Source of the DNA: Eledone cirrhosa
Taxonomy: Eukaryota
Length of the DNA stretch: 64,000 nt
Reading direction: 5' to 3'
NCBI GenBank assembly: GCA_964016885.1
Contig: OZ024741.1
Span: forward strand, 315,208,001 to 315,272,000
Shown here: positions 1-13,511 of the stretch, one piece after another
Position numbering within the stretch: the stretch's first letter is position 1
Layout of the letters: each line of letters opens with the position of its first letter
Notes under the pieces: generated by a model
Told to the model about the DNA's origin: nothing
Seen by the model: the letters and a program-made list of their open reading frames with translations, nothing else
Databases searched by the model: none
Position numbers and translations under genes: made by a program

Positions 1-3000
1 ATTGCTACCACAGGTGTTATTGTTAATACTGCCGCTGCTGCTGTTGCTATTGCTACAACAGATGTAATAGTTAATACTACCGCTGATGATGTTGCTATTG
101 CTACAACAGATGTTATTGTTAATACTGCCGCTGATGCTGTTGCTATTGTTGCAACAGAGTTTATTGTTAATACTGCTGCTGCTGCTATGCTATTGCTACA
201 ACAGATGATATTGTTAATACTGCCGCTGCTGCTGTTGCTATTGCTACAAAAGATATTATTGTTAATACTGCCGCTGATGCTGTTGCTATTGCTACAACAG
301 ATGTTACTGTTAATACTGCCGCTGATGCTGTTGCTATTGCTGCAACAGATGTTATTGTTAATACTGCCGCTGCTGCTGTTGCTATTGCTACAACAAATGT
401 TATTGTTAATACTGCCGCTGCTGGTGTTGCTATTGCTACAACAGATGTTATTGTTAATACTGCCACTGCTGCTGTTGCTATTGCTACCACAGGTGTTATT
501 GTTAATACTGCCGCTGATGCTGTTGCGATTGCTGCAACAGATGTTATTGTTAATACTGCCGCTGATGCTGTTGCAATTGCTCCCACATGTTTTATTGTTA
601 ATACTGCCGCTGATGTTGTTGCTATTGCTACAACAGATGTTATTGTTAATACTACCGCTGCTGCTGTTGCTATTGCTACAACAGATGTTATTGTTAATAC
701 TGCCGCTGCTGCTGTTGCTATTGCTGCAACATATGTTATTGTTAATACTGCCGCTGCTGCTGGTGCTATTGCTACAACGGATGTTATTGTTAATACTGCC
801 GCTGCTGCTGTTGCTATTGCTACAACATATGTTATTGTTAATACTGCCGCTGCTGCTGTTGATATTGCTACAACAGATGTTATTGTTAATACTGCCGTTT
901 CTGCTGTTGCTATTGCTGCAACAGATGCTATTGTTAATACTGCCGCTGCTGCTGTTGCTATTGCTACCGCAGATGGTATTGTTAATACTGCCGCTGCTGC
1001 TGTTGCTATTGCTACAACAGATTTTATTGTTAATACTGCCGCTGATGCTGTTGCTATTGCTACAACAGATGTTATTGTTAATACTGCCGCTGCTGCTGTT
1101 GCTATTGCTGCAACAGAATTTATTGTTAATACTGCCGCTGATGCTGTTGCTATTGCTACAACAGATGTTATTGTTAATACTGCCGCTGCTGCTTTTGATA
1201 TTGCTACAACAGATTTTATTGTTAATACTGCCGCTGATGCTGTTGCTATTGCTACAACAGATGTTATTGTTAATACTGCCGCTGATGCTGTTGCTATTGC
1301 TGCAACAGATGTTATTGTTAATACTGCCGCTGTTGCTGTTGCTATTGTTGCAACAGAGGTTATTGTTAATACTTCCGCTGCTGCTGTTGCTATTGCTACA
1401 ACAGATGTTATTGTTAATACTGCCGCTGCTGCTGTTGCTATTGCTACAACAGATATTATTGTTAACACTGCCGCTGATGCTGTTGCTATTGCTGCAACAG
1501 ATGTTATTGTTAATACTGCCGCTGCTGCTGTTGCTATTGCTACAACAGATGTTATTGTTAATACTGCCGCTGGTGCTGTTGCTATTGCTACAACAGATGT
1601 TCTTGTTAATACTACCGCTGCTGCTGTTGCTATTGCTACAACAGATGTTATTGTTAATACTGCAGCTGCTGCTGTTGCTATTGCTGCAACATATGTTATT
1701 ATTAATACTGCCGCTGCTGCTGGTGCTATTGCTACAACAGATGTTATTGTTAATACTGCCGCCGCTGCTGTTGCTATTGCTACAACATATGTTATTGTTA
1801 ATACTGCCGCTGATGCTGTTGCTATTGCTACAACAGATGTTATTGTTAATACTACCGCTGATGCTGTTGCTATTGCTACAACAGATGTTATTATTAATAC
1901 TGCCGCTGCTGCTGTTGCTATTGCTACAACAGATGTTATTGTTAATACTGCCGCTGATGCTGTTGCTATTGCTACAACAGATGTTATTGTTAATACTGCC
2001 GCTGCTGCTGTTGCTATTGCTACCACAGGTGTTATTGTTAATACTGCCACTGATGCTGTTGCTATTGCTACAACAGATGTTATTGTTAATACTGCCGCTG
2101 CTGCTGTTGCTATTGCTACAACGGATGTTATTCTTAATACTGCCGCTGATGCTGTTGCTATTGCTGCAACAGATGTTATTGTTAATACTGCCGCTGATGC
2201 TGTTGCTATTGCTACAACAGATGTTATTGTTAATACTGCCGCTGATGCTGTTGCTATTGCTACAACAGATGTTATTGTTAATACTGCCGCTGCTGTTGTT
2301 GCTATTGCTACAACGGATGTTATTCTTAATACTGCCGCTGATGCTGTTGCTATTGCTACAATAGATGTTATTGTTAATACTGCCGCTGATGCTCTTGCTA
2401 TTGCTACAACAGATATTATTGTTAATACTGCCGCTGCTGCTGTTGCTATTGCTACAACAGATGTTATTGTTAATACTGCCGCTGCTGCTGTTGCTATTGC
2501 TACAACAAATGTTATTGTTAATACTGCCGCTGCTGCTGTTGCTATTGCTACAACAGATGTTATTGTTAATACTGCCGCTGCTGCTGTTGCTATTGCTACC
2601 ACAGGTGTTATTGTTAATACTGCCGCTGATGCTGTTGCTATTGCTGCAACAGATATTATTGTTAATACTACCGCTGCTGTTGTTGCTATTGCTACCACAG
2701 GTGTTATTGTTAATATTGCCGCTGATGCTGTTGCTATTGCTACAACAGATGTTATTGTTAATGCTGCCGCTGATGCTGTTGCTTTTGCTACAACAGATGT
2801 TATTGTTAATACTGCCGCTGATGCTGTTGCTATTGCTCCCACAGGTTTTATTGTTAATACTGCCGCTGATGCTGTTGCTATTGCTACAACAGATGTTATT
2901 GTTAATACTGCAGCTGCTGCTGTTGCTATTGCTGCAACATATGTTATTGTTAATACTGCCGCTGCTGCTGGTGCTATTGCTACAACAGATGTTATTGTTA

Positions 3001-6000
3001 ATACTGCCGCTGCTGCTGTTGCTATTGCTACAACATATGTTATTGTTAATACTGCCGCTGCTGCTGTTGCTATTGCTGCAACAGATGTTATTGTTAATAC
3101 TGCCGCTGCTGCTGTTGCTATTGCTACCACAGATGGTATTGTTAATACTGCCGCTGCTGCTGTTGCTATTGCTACAACAGATTTTATTGTTAATACTGCC
3201 GCTGATGCTGTTGCTATTGCTACAACAGCTGTTATTGTTAATACTGCCGCTGCTGCTGTTGCTATTGCTGCAACAGATGTTATTGTTAATACTGCCGCTG
3301 ATGCTGTTGCTATTGCTACAACAGATGTTATTGTTAATACTGCCGCTGCTGCTTTTGATATTGCTACAACAGATTTTATTTGTAATACTGCCGCTGATGC
3401 TGTTGTTATATTGCTACCACAGTTGTTATTGTTAATACTTCTGCTGATGCTGTTGCTATGGCTAAAATGGATGTTATTGTTAATACTGCCGCTGCTGCCG
3501 TTGATATTGCTACAACAGATGTTATTGTTAATACTGCCGCTGATGCTGTTACTATTGCTACAACAGATGTTATTGTTAATACTGCCGCTGCTGCTGTTGC
3601 TATTGCTACAACAGATGTTATTGTTAATACTGCCGCTGATGCTGTTGCTATTGCTACAACAGATGTTATTGTTAATACTGCCGCTGATGCTGTTGCTATT
3701 GCTACAACAGATGTTATTGTTAATACTGCCGCTGCTGCTGTTGCTATTGCTACAACAGATGTTATTGTTAATACTGCCGCTGATGCTGTTGCTATTGCTA
3801 CAACAGATGCTATTGTTAATACTGCCGCTGATGCTCTTGCTATTGCTACAACAGATATTATTGTTAATACTGCCGCCGCTGCTGTTGCTATTGCTACAAC
3901 ATATGTTATTGTTAATACTGCCGCTGATGCTGTTGCTATTGCTACAACAGATGTTATTGTTAATACTGCCGCTGATGCTGTTGCTATTGCTGCACCAGAG
4001 GTTATTGTTAATACTGCCGCCGCTGCTGTTGCTATTGCTACAACAGATGTTATTGTTAATACTGCCGCTGCTGCCGTTGATATTGCTACAACAGATGTTA
4101 TTGTTAATACTGCCGCTGATGCTGTTACTATTGCTACAACAGATGTTATTGTTAATACTGCCGCTGATGCTGTTTCTATTGCTACAACATATGTTATTTT
4201 TAATACTGCCGCTGGTGCTGTTGCTATTGCTGCAACAGAGGTTATTGTTAATACTGCCGCCGCTGCTGTTGCTATTGCTACAACATATGTTATTGTTAAT
4301 ACTGCCGCTGATGCTGTTGCTATTGCTACAACAGATGTTATTGTTAATACTACGGCTGATGATGTTGCTATTGCTACAACAGATGTTATTATTAATACTG
4401 CCGCTGCTGCTGTTGCTATTGCTACAACAGATGTTATTGTTAATACTGCCGCTGATGCTGTTGCTATTGCTACAACAGATGTTATTGTTAATACTGCCGC
4501 TGATGCTGTTGCTATTGCTACCACAGGTGTTATTGTTAATACTGCCGCTGCTGCTGTTGCTATTGCTACCACAGGTGTTATTGTTAATACTGCCGCTGAT
4601 GCTGTTGCTATTGCTACAACAGATGTTATTGTTAATACTGCCGCTGATGCTGTTGCTTTTGCTACAACAGATATTATTGTTAATACTGCCGTTGATGCTG
4701 TTGCTATTGCTACAACAGATGTTATTGTTAATACTGCCGCTGATGCTGTTGCTATTGCTACAATAGATGTTATTGTTAATACTGCCGCTGATGCTCTTGC
4801 TATTGCTACAACAGATGTTATTGTTAATACTGCCGCTGCTGTTGTTGCTATTGCTACAACGGATGTTATTCTTAATACTGCCGCTGATGCTGTTGCTATT
4901 GCTGCAACAGATGTTATTGTTAATACTGCCGCTGATGCTGTTGCTATTGCTACAATAGATGTTATTGTTAATACTGCCGCTGATGCTCTTGCTATTGCTA
5001 CAACAGATGTTATTGTTAATACTGCCGCTGCTGTTGTTGCTATTGCTACCACAGGTGTTATTGTTAATACTGCCGCTAATGCTGTTGCTATTGCTACAAC
5101 AGATGTTATTGTTAATGCTGCCGCTGATGCTGTTGCTATTGCTACAACAGATGTTATTGTTAATACTGCCGCTGATGCTGTTGCTATTGCTCCCACAGGT
5201 TTTATTGTTAATACTGCCGCTGATGCTGTTGCTATTGCTACAACAGATGTTATTGTTAATACTGCAGCTGCTGCTGTTGCTATTGCTGCAACATATGTTA
5301 TTGTTAATACTGCCGCTGCTGCTGGTGCTATTGCTACAACAGATGTTATTGTTAATACTGCCACTGCTGCTGTTGCTATTGCTACAACATATGTTATTGT
5401 TAATACTGCCGCTGCTGCTGTTGCTATTGCTGCAACAGATGTTATTGTTAATACTGCCGCTGCTGCTGTTGCTATTGCTACCACAGATGGTATTGTTAAT
5501 ACTGCCGCTGCTGCTGTTGCTATTGCTACAACAGATTTTATTGTTAATACTGCCGCTGATGCTGTTGCTATTGCTACAACAGCTGTTATTGTTAATACTG
5601 CCGCTGCTGCTGTTGCTATTGCTGCAACAGATGTTATTGTTACTACTGCCGCTGATGCTGTTGCTATTGCTACAACAGATGTTATTGTTAATACTGCCGC
5701 TGCTGCTTTTGATATTGCTACAACAGATTTTATTTGTAATACTGCCGCTGATGCTGTTGTTATATTGCTACCACAGTTGTTATTGTTAATACTTCTGCTG
5801 ATGCTGTTGCTATGGCTAAAATGGATGTTATTGTTAATACTGCCGCTGCTGCCGTTGATATTGCTACAACAGATGTTATTGTTAATACTGCCGCTGATGC
5901 TGTTACTATTGCTACAACAGATGTTATTGTTAATACTGCCGCTGCTGCTGTTGCTATTGCTACAACAGATGTTATTGTTAATACTGCCGCTGATGCTGTT

Positions 6001-9000
6001 GCTATTGCTACAACAGATGTTATTGTTAATACTGCCGCTGATGCTGTTGCTTTTGCTACCACAGGTGTTATTGTTAATACTGCCGCTGGTGCTGTTGCTA
6101 TTGCTACAACAGATGTTATTGTTAATACTGCCGCTGATGCTGTTGCTATTGCTACAACAGATGTTATTGTTAATACTGCCGCTGATGCTGTTGCTTTTGC
6201 TACCACAGGTGTTATTGTTAATACTGCCGCTGGTGCTGTTGCTATTGCTACAACAGATGTTATTGTTAATACTGCCGCTGATGCTGTTGCTTTTGCTACC
6301 ACAGATGTTATTGTTAATACTGCCGCTGGTGCTGTTGCTATTGCTACCACAGGTGTTATTGTTAATACTGCCGCTGATGCTGTTGCTATTGCTGCAACAG
6401 ATGTTATTGTTAATACTGCCGCTGATGCTGTTGCTATTGCTGCAACAGATGTTATTGTTAATACTGCCGCTGATGCTGTTGCTATTGCTGCAACAGATGT
6501 TATTGTTAATACTGCCGCTGCTGCTGTTGCTATTGCTACAACAGATGTTATTGTTAATACTGCCGCTGATGCTGTTGCTATTGCTGCAACAGATGTTATT
6601 GTTAATACTGCCGCTGATGCTGATGTTATTGCTACAGCAGATGTTATTGTTAATACTGCCGCTGATGCTGTTGCTATTGCTACCACAGGTGTTATTGTTA
6701 ATACTGCCGCTGCTGTTGTTGCTATTGCTACAACGGATGTTATTCTTAATACTGCCGCTGATGCTGTTGCTATTGCTGCAACAGATGTTATTGTTAATAC
6801 TGCCGCTGATGCTGTTGCTATTGCTACAATAGATGTTATTGTTAATACTGCCGCTGATGCTCTTGCTATTGCTACAACAGATGTTATTGTTAATACTGCC
6901 ACTGATGCTGTTGCTATTGCTACAACAGATGTTATTGTTAATACTGCCGCTGATGCTGTTGCTATTGCTACAGCAGATGTTATTGTTAATACTGCCGCTG
7001 ATGCTGTTGCTATTGCTACAACAGATGTTATTGTTAATACTGCCGCTGATGCTGTTGCTATTGCTACCACAGATGTTATTGTTAATACTGCCGCTGCTGC
7101 TGTTGCTATTGCTGCAACTGATGTTATTGTTAATACTGCCGCTGCTGCTGTTGCTATTGCTACAACAGATGTTATTGTTAATACTGCCGCTGATGCTGTT
7201 GCTATTGCTACCAAAGGTGTTATTGTTAATACTGCCGCTGATGCTGTTGCTATTGCTACAACAGATGTTATTGTTAATACTGCCGCTGATGCTGTTGCTA
7301 TTGCTACCAAAGGTGTTATTGTAAATACTGCCGCTGATGCTGTTGCTATTGCTACAACAAATGTTATTGTTAATACTGCCGCTGATGTTGTTGCTATTGC
7401 TGCAACATATGTTATTGTTAATACTGCCGCTGCTGCTGTTGATATTGCTACAACAGATGTTATTGTTAATTCTGCTGCTGCTGCTGTTGCTATTGCTACC
7501 ACAGATGGTATTGTTAATACTGCCGCTGCTGCTGTTGCTATTGCTACAACAAATGTTATTGTTAATACTGCCGCTGCTGCTGTTGCTATTGCTACAACAG
7601 ATGATATTGTTAATACTGCCGCTGCTGCCGCCGCTATTGCTGCAACAGATGTTGTTGTTAATACTGCCGCTGATGATGTTGCTATTGCTACCACAGATGT
7701 TATTGTTAATACTGCCGCTGCTGCTGTTGCTATTGCTACAACAGATGTTATTGTTAATACTGCCGCTGCTGCTGTTGCTATTGCTACAACAGATGTTATT
7801 GTTAATACTGCCGCTGCTGCCTCCGCTATTGCTGCAACAGATGTTATTGTTAATACTGCCGCTTATGATGTTGCTATTGCTACAACAGATGTTATTGTTA
7901 ATACTGCCGCTGATGCTTTTGATATTGCTACAACCGATGTTATTTTTTAATACTGCCGCTGCTGCTGTTGCTATTGCTACCACAGTTGTTATTGTTAATA
8001 CTGCCGCTGATGCTGTTGCTATTGCTACAACAGATGTTATTGTTAATACTGCCGCTGCTGCTGTTGCTATTGCTACAACAGATGTTATTGTTAATACTGC
8101 CGCTGCTGCTGTTTCTATCGCTACAATAAATATTATTGTTAATACTGCCGCTGCTGTTGTTGCTATTGCTACAACAGATGTTATTGTTAATACTGCCGCT
8201 GATGCTGTTGCTATTGCTACAACAGATGTTATTGTTAATACTGCAGCTGCTGCTGTTGCTATTGCTACCACAGTTGTTATTGTTAATACTGCCGCTGATG
8301 CTGTTGATATTGCTACAACAGATGTTATTGTTAATACTGCCGCTGCTGCTGTTGCTATTGCTACAATAGATGTTATTGTTAATACTGCCGCTGCTGCTGT
8401 TGCTGTTGCTACAACAGATGTTATTGTTAATACTGCCGCTGCTGCTGTTGCTATTGCTACAACAGATGTTATTGTTAATACTGCCGCTGCTGCTGTTGCT
8501 ATTGCTACAACAGATGTTATTGTTAATACTGCCGCTGATGCTGTTGCTATTGCTACAACAGATGTTATTGTTAATTCTGCCGCTGATGCTGTTGCTATTG
8601 CTACAACAGATGTTATTGTTAATACTGCCGCTGATGCTGTTGCTATTGCTACAACAGATGTTATTGTTAATACTGCCGCTGATGCTGTTGCTATTGCTAC
8701 AACAGATGTTATTGTTAATACTGCCGCTGATGCTGTTGCTATTGCTACAACAGATGTTATTGTTAATACTGCCGCTGATGCTGTTGCTATTGCTACAACA
8801 GATGTTATTGTTAATACTGCCGCTGATGCTGTTACTATTGCTACAACAGATGTTATTGTTAATACTGCCGCTGATGCTGTTGCTATTGCTACAACAGATG
8901 TTATTGTTAATACTGCCGCTGATGCTGTTGCTATTGCTACAACAGATGTTATTGTTAATACTGCCGCTGCTGCTGTTGCTATTGCTACAACAGATGTTAT

Positions 9001-9025
9001 TGTTAATACTGCCGCTGATGCTGCT
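1..9025. repeat. 48-bp tandem array (minisatellite/satellite), ~188 units, open at the left edge
   Basis: Consensus GTTATTGTTAATACTGCCGCTG(C/A)TGCTGTTGCTATTGCTACAACAGAT repeats head-to-tail with point variants. Small indels occur near 186, 3409, 5763 and 7945. Confidence 0.98.
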
Positions 9026-9597
9026 ATCTCCCTTATTGTTAAATGTATCAGCAGTAGCCGCTTCAAGATTGCCATTGGGTGAAATGGAAGGAGTGGAATT
9101 CGTCTGACCTTTACTATTTGGTGAATAAGAGGAAAAGGAAAGTGAGACTTCTCGCTGACTGTTGCTAGTTTCTTTGATGTCAAATGTATCAAACGTATCA
9201 AATCAAGTAGTAGCCGCTTCACGACTGCTACTTGATGGACGGGAGAGGGGAGTGGCACCACTTGATTATGGGACGGTAAAGAAGACGAAAAGGAAAGCGA
9301 GGCTCACAGCTGGACGAAGAAAAAGACTGAAAAGGTAATTTTTTAGTGAATACACGCCATGGAATGGGTTATTTGTATGATGCCATTTTTCTTTTTGGCG
9401 GGACGTATTAGCTAAATGCATATTTCAAATTGGGATTTAGCCCCGGAGAGTTAATACCGATTAATTTCGACCACTTCAAAATAAGTGGGGTTTGTTTAAA
9501 CACAAAACAATATAATTTGTACATAAAGTTCGCAAAAATATTTTCAAATATCACAAACTTACGGGAACAAAATTTCCTGCGACGTTTATACTTCCAC
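9026..9597 (-). mobile_element. Probable 5' UTR and start of ORF1 of a Tx1-like element whose body contains the 48-bp array
   Basis: The minus-strand start context CCAAAAAGAAAAATGG (ATG at 9386) matches the Tx1 ORF1 starts at 15472 and ~27733. The 5' end abuts a SINE (ATT)n tail, as at 27937. An in-frame stop follows at codon 6. Confidence 0.45.
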
Positions 9598-9788
9598 AAT
9601 AATAATAATAATTGTTTCTAGTTTTGGCACAAGGCCAGCAATTATCCAGTACATTACACGTACTTTATTTTATCGACCCCGTAAGGAGAAAGGCAAAGTT
9701 AACCTCGGCGGGATTTGAACTCAGAACGTAAAGGAACGTAACTATGCTGGTGAGCATATCCGACCCTCTACCGATACTGCCAATTCGC
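9598..9788 (-). mobile_element. tRNA-derived SINE
   Basis: Minus strand has A-box-like TGGCAGTATCGG, B-box GAGTTCAAATCCC, body CCTTACGGGGTCGATAAAATAAAGTAC and tail GCCTTGTGCCAAAACTAGAAACA(ATT)n. Confidence 0.9.
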
Positions 9789-10085
9789 AATAATAATAAT
9801 AATAATGATTTCATTTATTAGCCACCAGGGCCGACATGTAGGGGACAATACAAAGACAGGGACAGTGGGGGTTTACAATAAGGTGGAGTAAAAGTGCACA
9901 ATGGCAAGACTAATTTAACAATGAAAATATAAAAATATAAAATAAACTATGCATAAATATAACAAAATAAATTCCCCGATAGGGGGTGTACGACCCTGGG
10001 GTGCTTCAGGTACCCCACCAATCCTGAATCACCCTACGCTTCTAGGGCACCCAGGGAGAGCACCCCTCTCCTCAAGTTAGCTAGC

Positions 10086-13000
10086 CTATAGGCGCATGGT
10101 CAGAGTAGGCCCATTCACACGAGCCATTCTCGCCACATTCACCCACCTTTTAGCAAATGTACTGGGGGGCAGCACTTCTCTCTCCACCCTCACCTTCCTT
10201 TCCAGGTGAAACTTGAAGAAGTTGATGAGGGATTGGCCGAAGAGAAAAGAGTCAGTCTTTAGTCCTTTCAACCTGGTCCACCATATAATCTCTTTCGCAA
10301 CTGCCACCAGGCAGAGGAAAATTTCCTGCTCTTCCTGACCTAAGGAAGGCGGTGGATCGATCTTCACTATGGCCTCGGCCGATAGCCGGATTCGTTCCAC
10401 ACGCGACAGTAGCTGTTCGACATAACTCCACAAGTCAGTAATGAACGGACATTGGACAAGTGCGTGCAGAACGGTTTCGTCGTTCTGTGCGCATCTTGGG
10501 CAGGTCCGTCTGACAGCACTTCCGTGTACCTGTAGAGTTTATCCCGAACCGGCAGTGTCCCCGGTAGCACTGCCAAGCGAGGGATTTCTGGAAATTGTCC
10601 ATCGTCCCCGGCTCAAAAATCCTCCGGTACAGACTGGTCAGTTCGACTTCGTCGAGGCCCAAAGCTTCTCTGAGTGCGTCATCGCACTTGCCCACCACTA
10701 ATCCTCTATAAAACTTGAGAGTGGAAGTTCCACTGATCGCATTGCCCGCTTGGTAGAGGGCAGTGAGTGCCTGGCAACATTCCAGGTGCCAGTCACCCAG
10801 TCTCGGTCTCTTCTTGACCCAGGACTGCAGCTCAGTCAAAGAAATGAGCTGCGGAAAGGCCCGTCTGATAAACGGCGACCACACCTGTTCACCGTTGAGG
10901 CAGAATATCTGGAGATGTCGCAGCCTCAACGCATGTCTGCGCATCATTAGCCACGGCATGCCCAGCCCTCCGCGTAGAGGGTGCTGGCAGCAGATGGACC
11001 GCCTCACCAACGGAACTTGTCCTCTCCACAAGAATTTGAAGAGGAGCCGTTCCAGCTTGACGAGGCGCGGACGGGGGCAAGGCACGACGGTCAGGCGGTA
11101 GTAGATGATGGTCACGATGTACGCATTCGCCACCTTCGCGCGACCTTTCAGTGATAGCTTCCTCCCAGCCCATTTTTGCGTGAGACTGGCTACTCTGCTC
11201 GTTACCTCGTCCCAATTCTTTTCCACCTGGAGGTCTGTTCCGAACTAAACCCCGAGCAACTTTACCGGTCCGTCCGTCCAGCGCCCCACGACGCTGTTGG
11301 ACGGCATGGGCTTGCCTCTCCAGGTTCCGAGCTGCAAGCCCACCGACTTTTCCGGGTTAAGTTTGGCACCTGTCAACCTTTCATATTCCTTCAATAAGGT
11401 GCCGACCACCTCGAATTCTGAGCTGTTCGACATCATCACGGTGATGTCGTCCGCATAAGCCGACACCGCCTTTCCACGTCCCGGTTCGAGCGGGATGCCC
11501 TGCAACAGCTCCAGCTGCCGCAGTAAAGGCTCGAGAGTCAATACGTACAGAAGGGAAGAGAGAGGGCACCCTTGACGGACTGATCAGGAGAGCCGAAATG
11601 GTTCCGAGAGGTGGCCATTAACCTTGACCACCGAGCATGTGTCGCTGTGCATTGCAACGATCCAGCTTCTAAAGACAGGGCCGAAGCCAGCTGCTTTGAG
11701 CACAAACTCCAGATACCGATGGTCGACCCTATCGAATGCTTTCGATTGATATAAATTGATCAGTGCCCCACCGAAGCCAGGTTTACACCCTACCCTCTCT
11801 ATGATGTATCGCATGAGGTGGAGATTGTCGTGTATGGACCTGGCTGGGATTGCGCAAGTTTGCGCCTCCCCAACCAAATCCTCGACGACAAGCGCCAATC
11901 TCTTTGCTAACACCTTGACCAAAATCTTAAACTCTGTGTTGAGCAGAGTTATGGGCCTGAAGTTGTCTAATGTATCCCTCTTGTTCTCGTCTTTCCTTAT
12001 CAGCGTCACCACTCCCCTGCTCACAGAACTGGGAATATTCCCATTCTGCTGCCAGTTGCAGTAGAGTGCTTCGAATAGTTCGGAGAACAAGTCTGGCATA
12101 TTTACGTAAAGCTCCTAGGGCAGGCCATCCAAACCGGGTGACTTGCGCCTCATGCAGCCGACAAGGGCGTCCTGAATTTCGGCTGAAGTAATCGGCCTTT
12201 CGCAGCGCTCAGCGTCGACCGTCGAGATGCGCGGCAAGCCGTCAAGGTAGGGACTGAAATCCGCTACTCTCTCTGACTCGCCACTCTCTCTGAACAACCG
12301 AACAAAGTGCTGGCGAAAGGCCTCACACATCCGCTTGGAATCGCTTATCTCGTGTCCGTCTTGGTCCGCGAAAGACCTCATTGTGGTTTTATTACCACGC
12401 TGCGCCTCTGCCACGCGGGCCCATCGAACAGCTTTAGTTCCCTCGTTTCTCAGAGCACACGCCTTAGCTCTGACAATGCAACCTTCGGGTTTGGCATTGA
12501 AGAAATGGTCTAATGCCATTCTCGCCGCTAGCTTGCGATGCCACTACAAATAGCCTCGTCTAACTTATCTACCAACTCCCCTTCCTTTCTATTTTTCTCT
12601 AACGCTAGTTCTTTGCTGAACTCTATCGAAGTTACTCTAATCTCTCTTTAGAGAGCCACCCACCATCTGTTGTTTATGATCTCCCTGTCAACTTTTGCTT
12701 AACTAAATTGTTGACTCGGACCCTGTAAGCCTTACGTGCTGGAAATGACATGTTCAGCTTCCAGTAACCCGGTCCTAACCTACGCGTTTTATTTAGGTCG
12801 AACGTACAGATCACAAATTTGTGATCTGAATAGGCGACCGTTTTAAAAAGTGGACAGCCCACACTATTTCTATCTATTTTCCTAATGAAGATCCTGTCTA
12901 TATACGATCTAGATGACCCCCATTCGGTTGGTCCATGTCCATACTAGCACATTGGGGAAATCTAGTCGATACCTGTCAGACAGTTGGAACTGGCTGAGTA

Positions 13001-13502
13001 GGTGCTTGAGGCTTTTGCAACCCCCGCTCCTATCGGCTACTCCCACACAATCCCAGCGTGCGTCTAAGATGCCGTTCCAGTCCCCCGCTAACAGTAAAAG
13101 GCGAGACGTACCCAGAAAGGTCTCCAGGCGCCTAAAGAAGTCAGGTCGTCCGGCCCCTGTAGGGGCGTAGACGGCCAGCAGTCTAAAGGCACCACCTTCG
13201 CTACTGCTCACATCCAAGACCACCAGCTTACCGTCCGGGTCCCGGAAGAGCGACCTTACCTCGAGATCCAGTCCTTTCCTAAACAGCACTTCCACCCCAC
13301 CCCCCATTCCCGGCCTGCTAATAGATGCGAAGATCTGATAGTCGTCGAAAATGGGGGCTAGTGCGCGCGTGTCGGAAATTCTGGTCTCGCTTACGGCAAT
13401 CACATCCATTTCCAGCGACCGGAGGTCGTTGAGCAGGCGACCCTGCTTCCAGGGTGACCCCAGGCCGCGAACATTTAAACTTCCTACTCTTAATATGGCC
13501 AT
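10086..13502 (-). pseudogene. Tx1 copy A ORF2 (AP-endonuclease + reverse transcriptase + zf-RVT-like), broken by stops and frameshifts
   Basis: APE motifs SLNVRGL, AVSETR, VYAP, GDWN, SDH. RT motifs KSPGLDGLP, FRPITLLNTEFKIL, QSKAFDRVDH, AYADD, VKLLGV. GGLGMP motif follows. Confidence 0.93.
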
Positions 13503-13511
13503 ATTGGTAAG

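Noticed and set aside
1-9025. CRISPR array
   Set aside because: No unique spacers, no cas genes, eukaryotic context.
185-9261. Very long Ala/Thr/Val-, Leu/Gln- or Asn/Ser/Cys-rich ORFs (antifreeze- or mucin-like)
   Set aside because: The 48-bp unit lacks stops in several frames on both strands, and indels switch frames mid-array. There is no signal peptide or splice evidence, so these are artefacts of the repeat.
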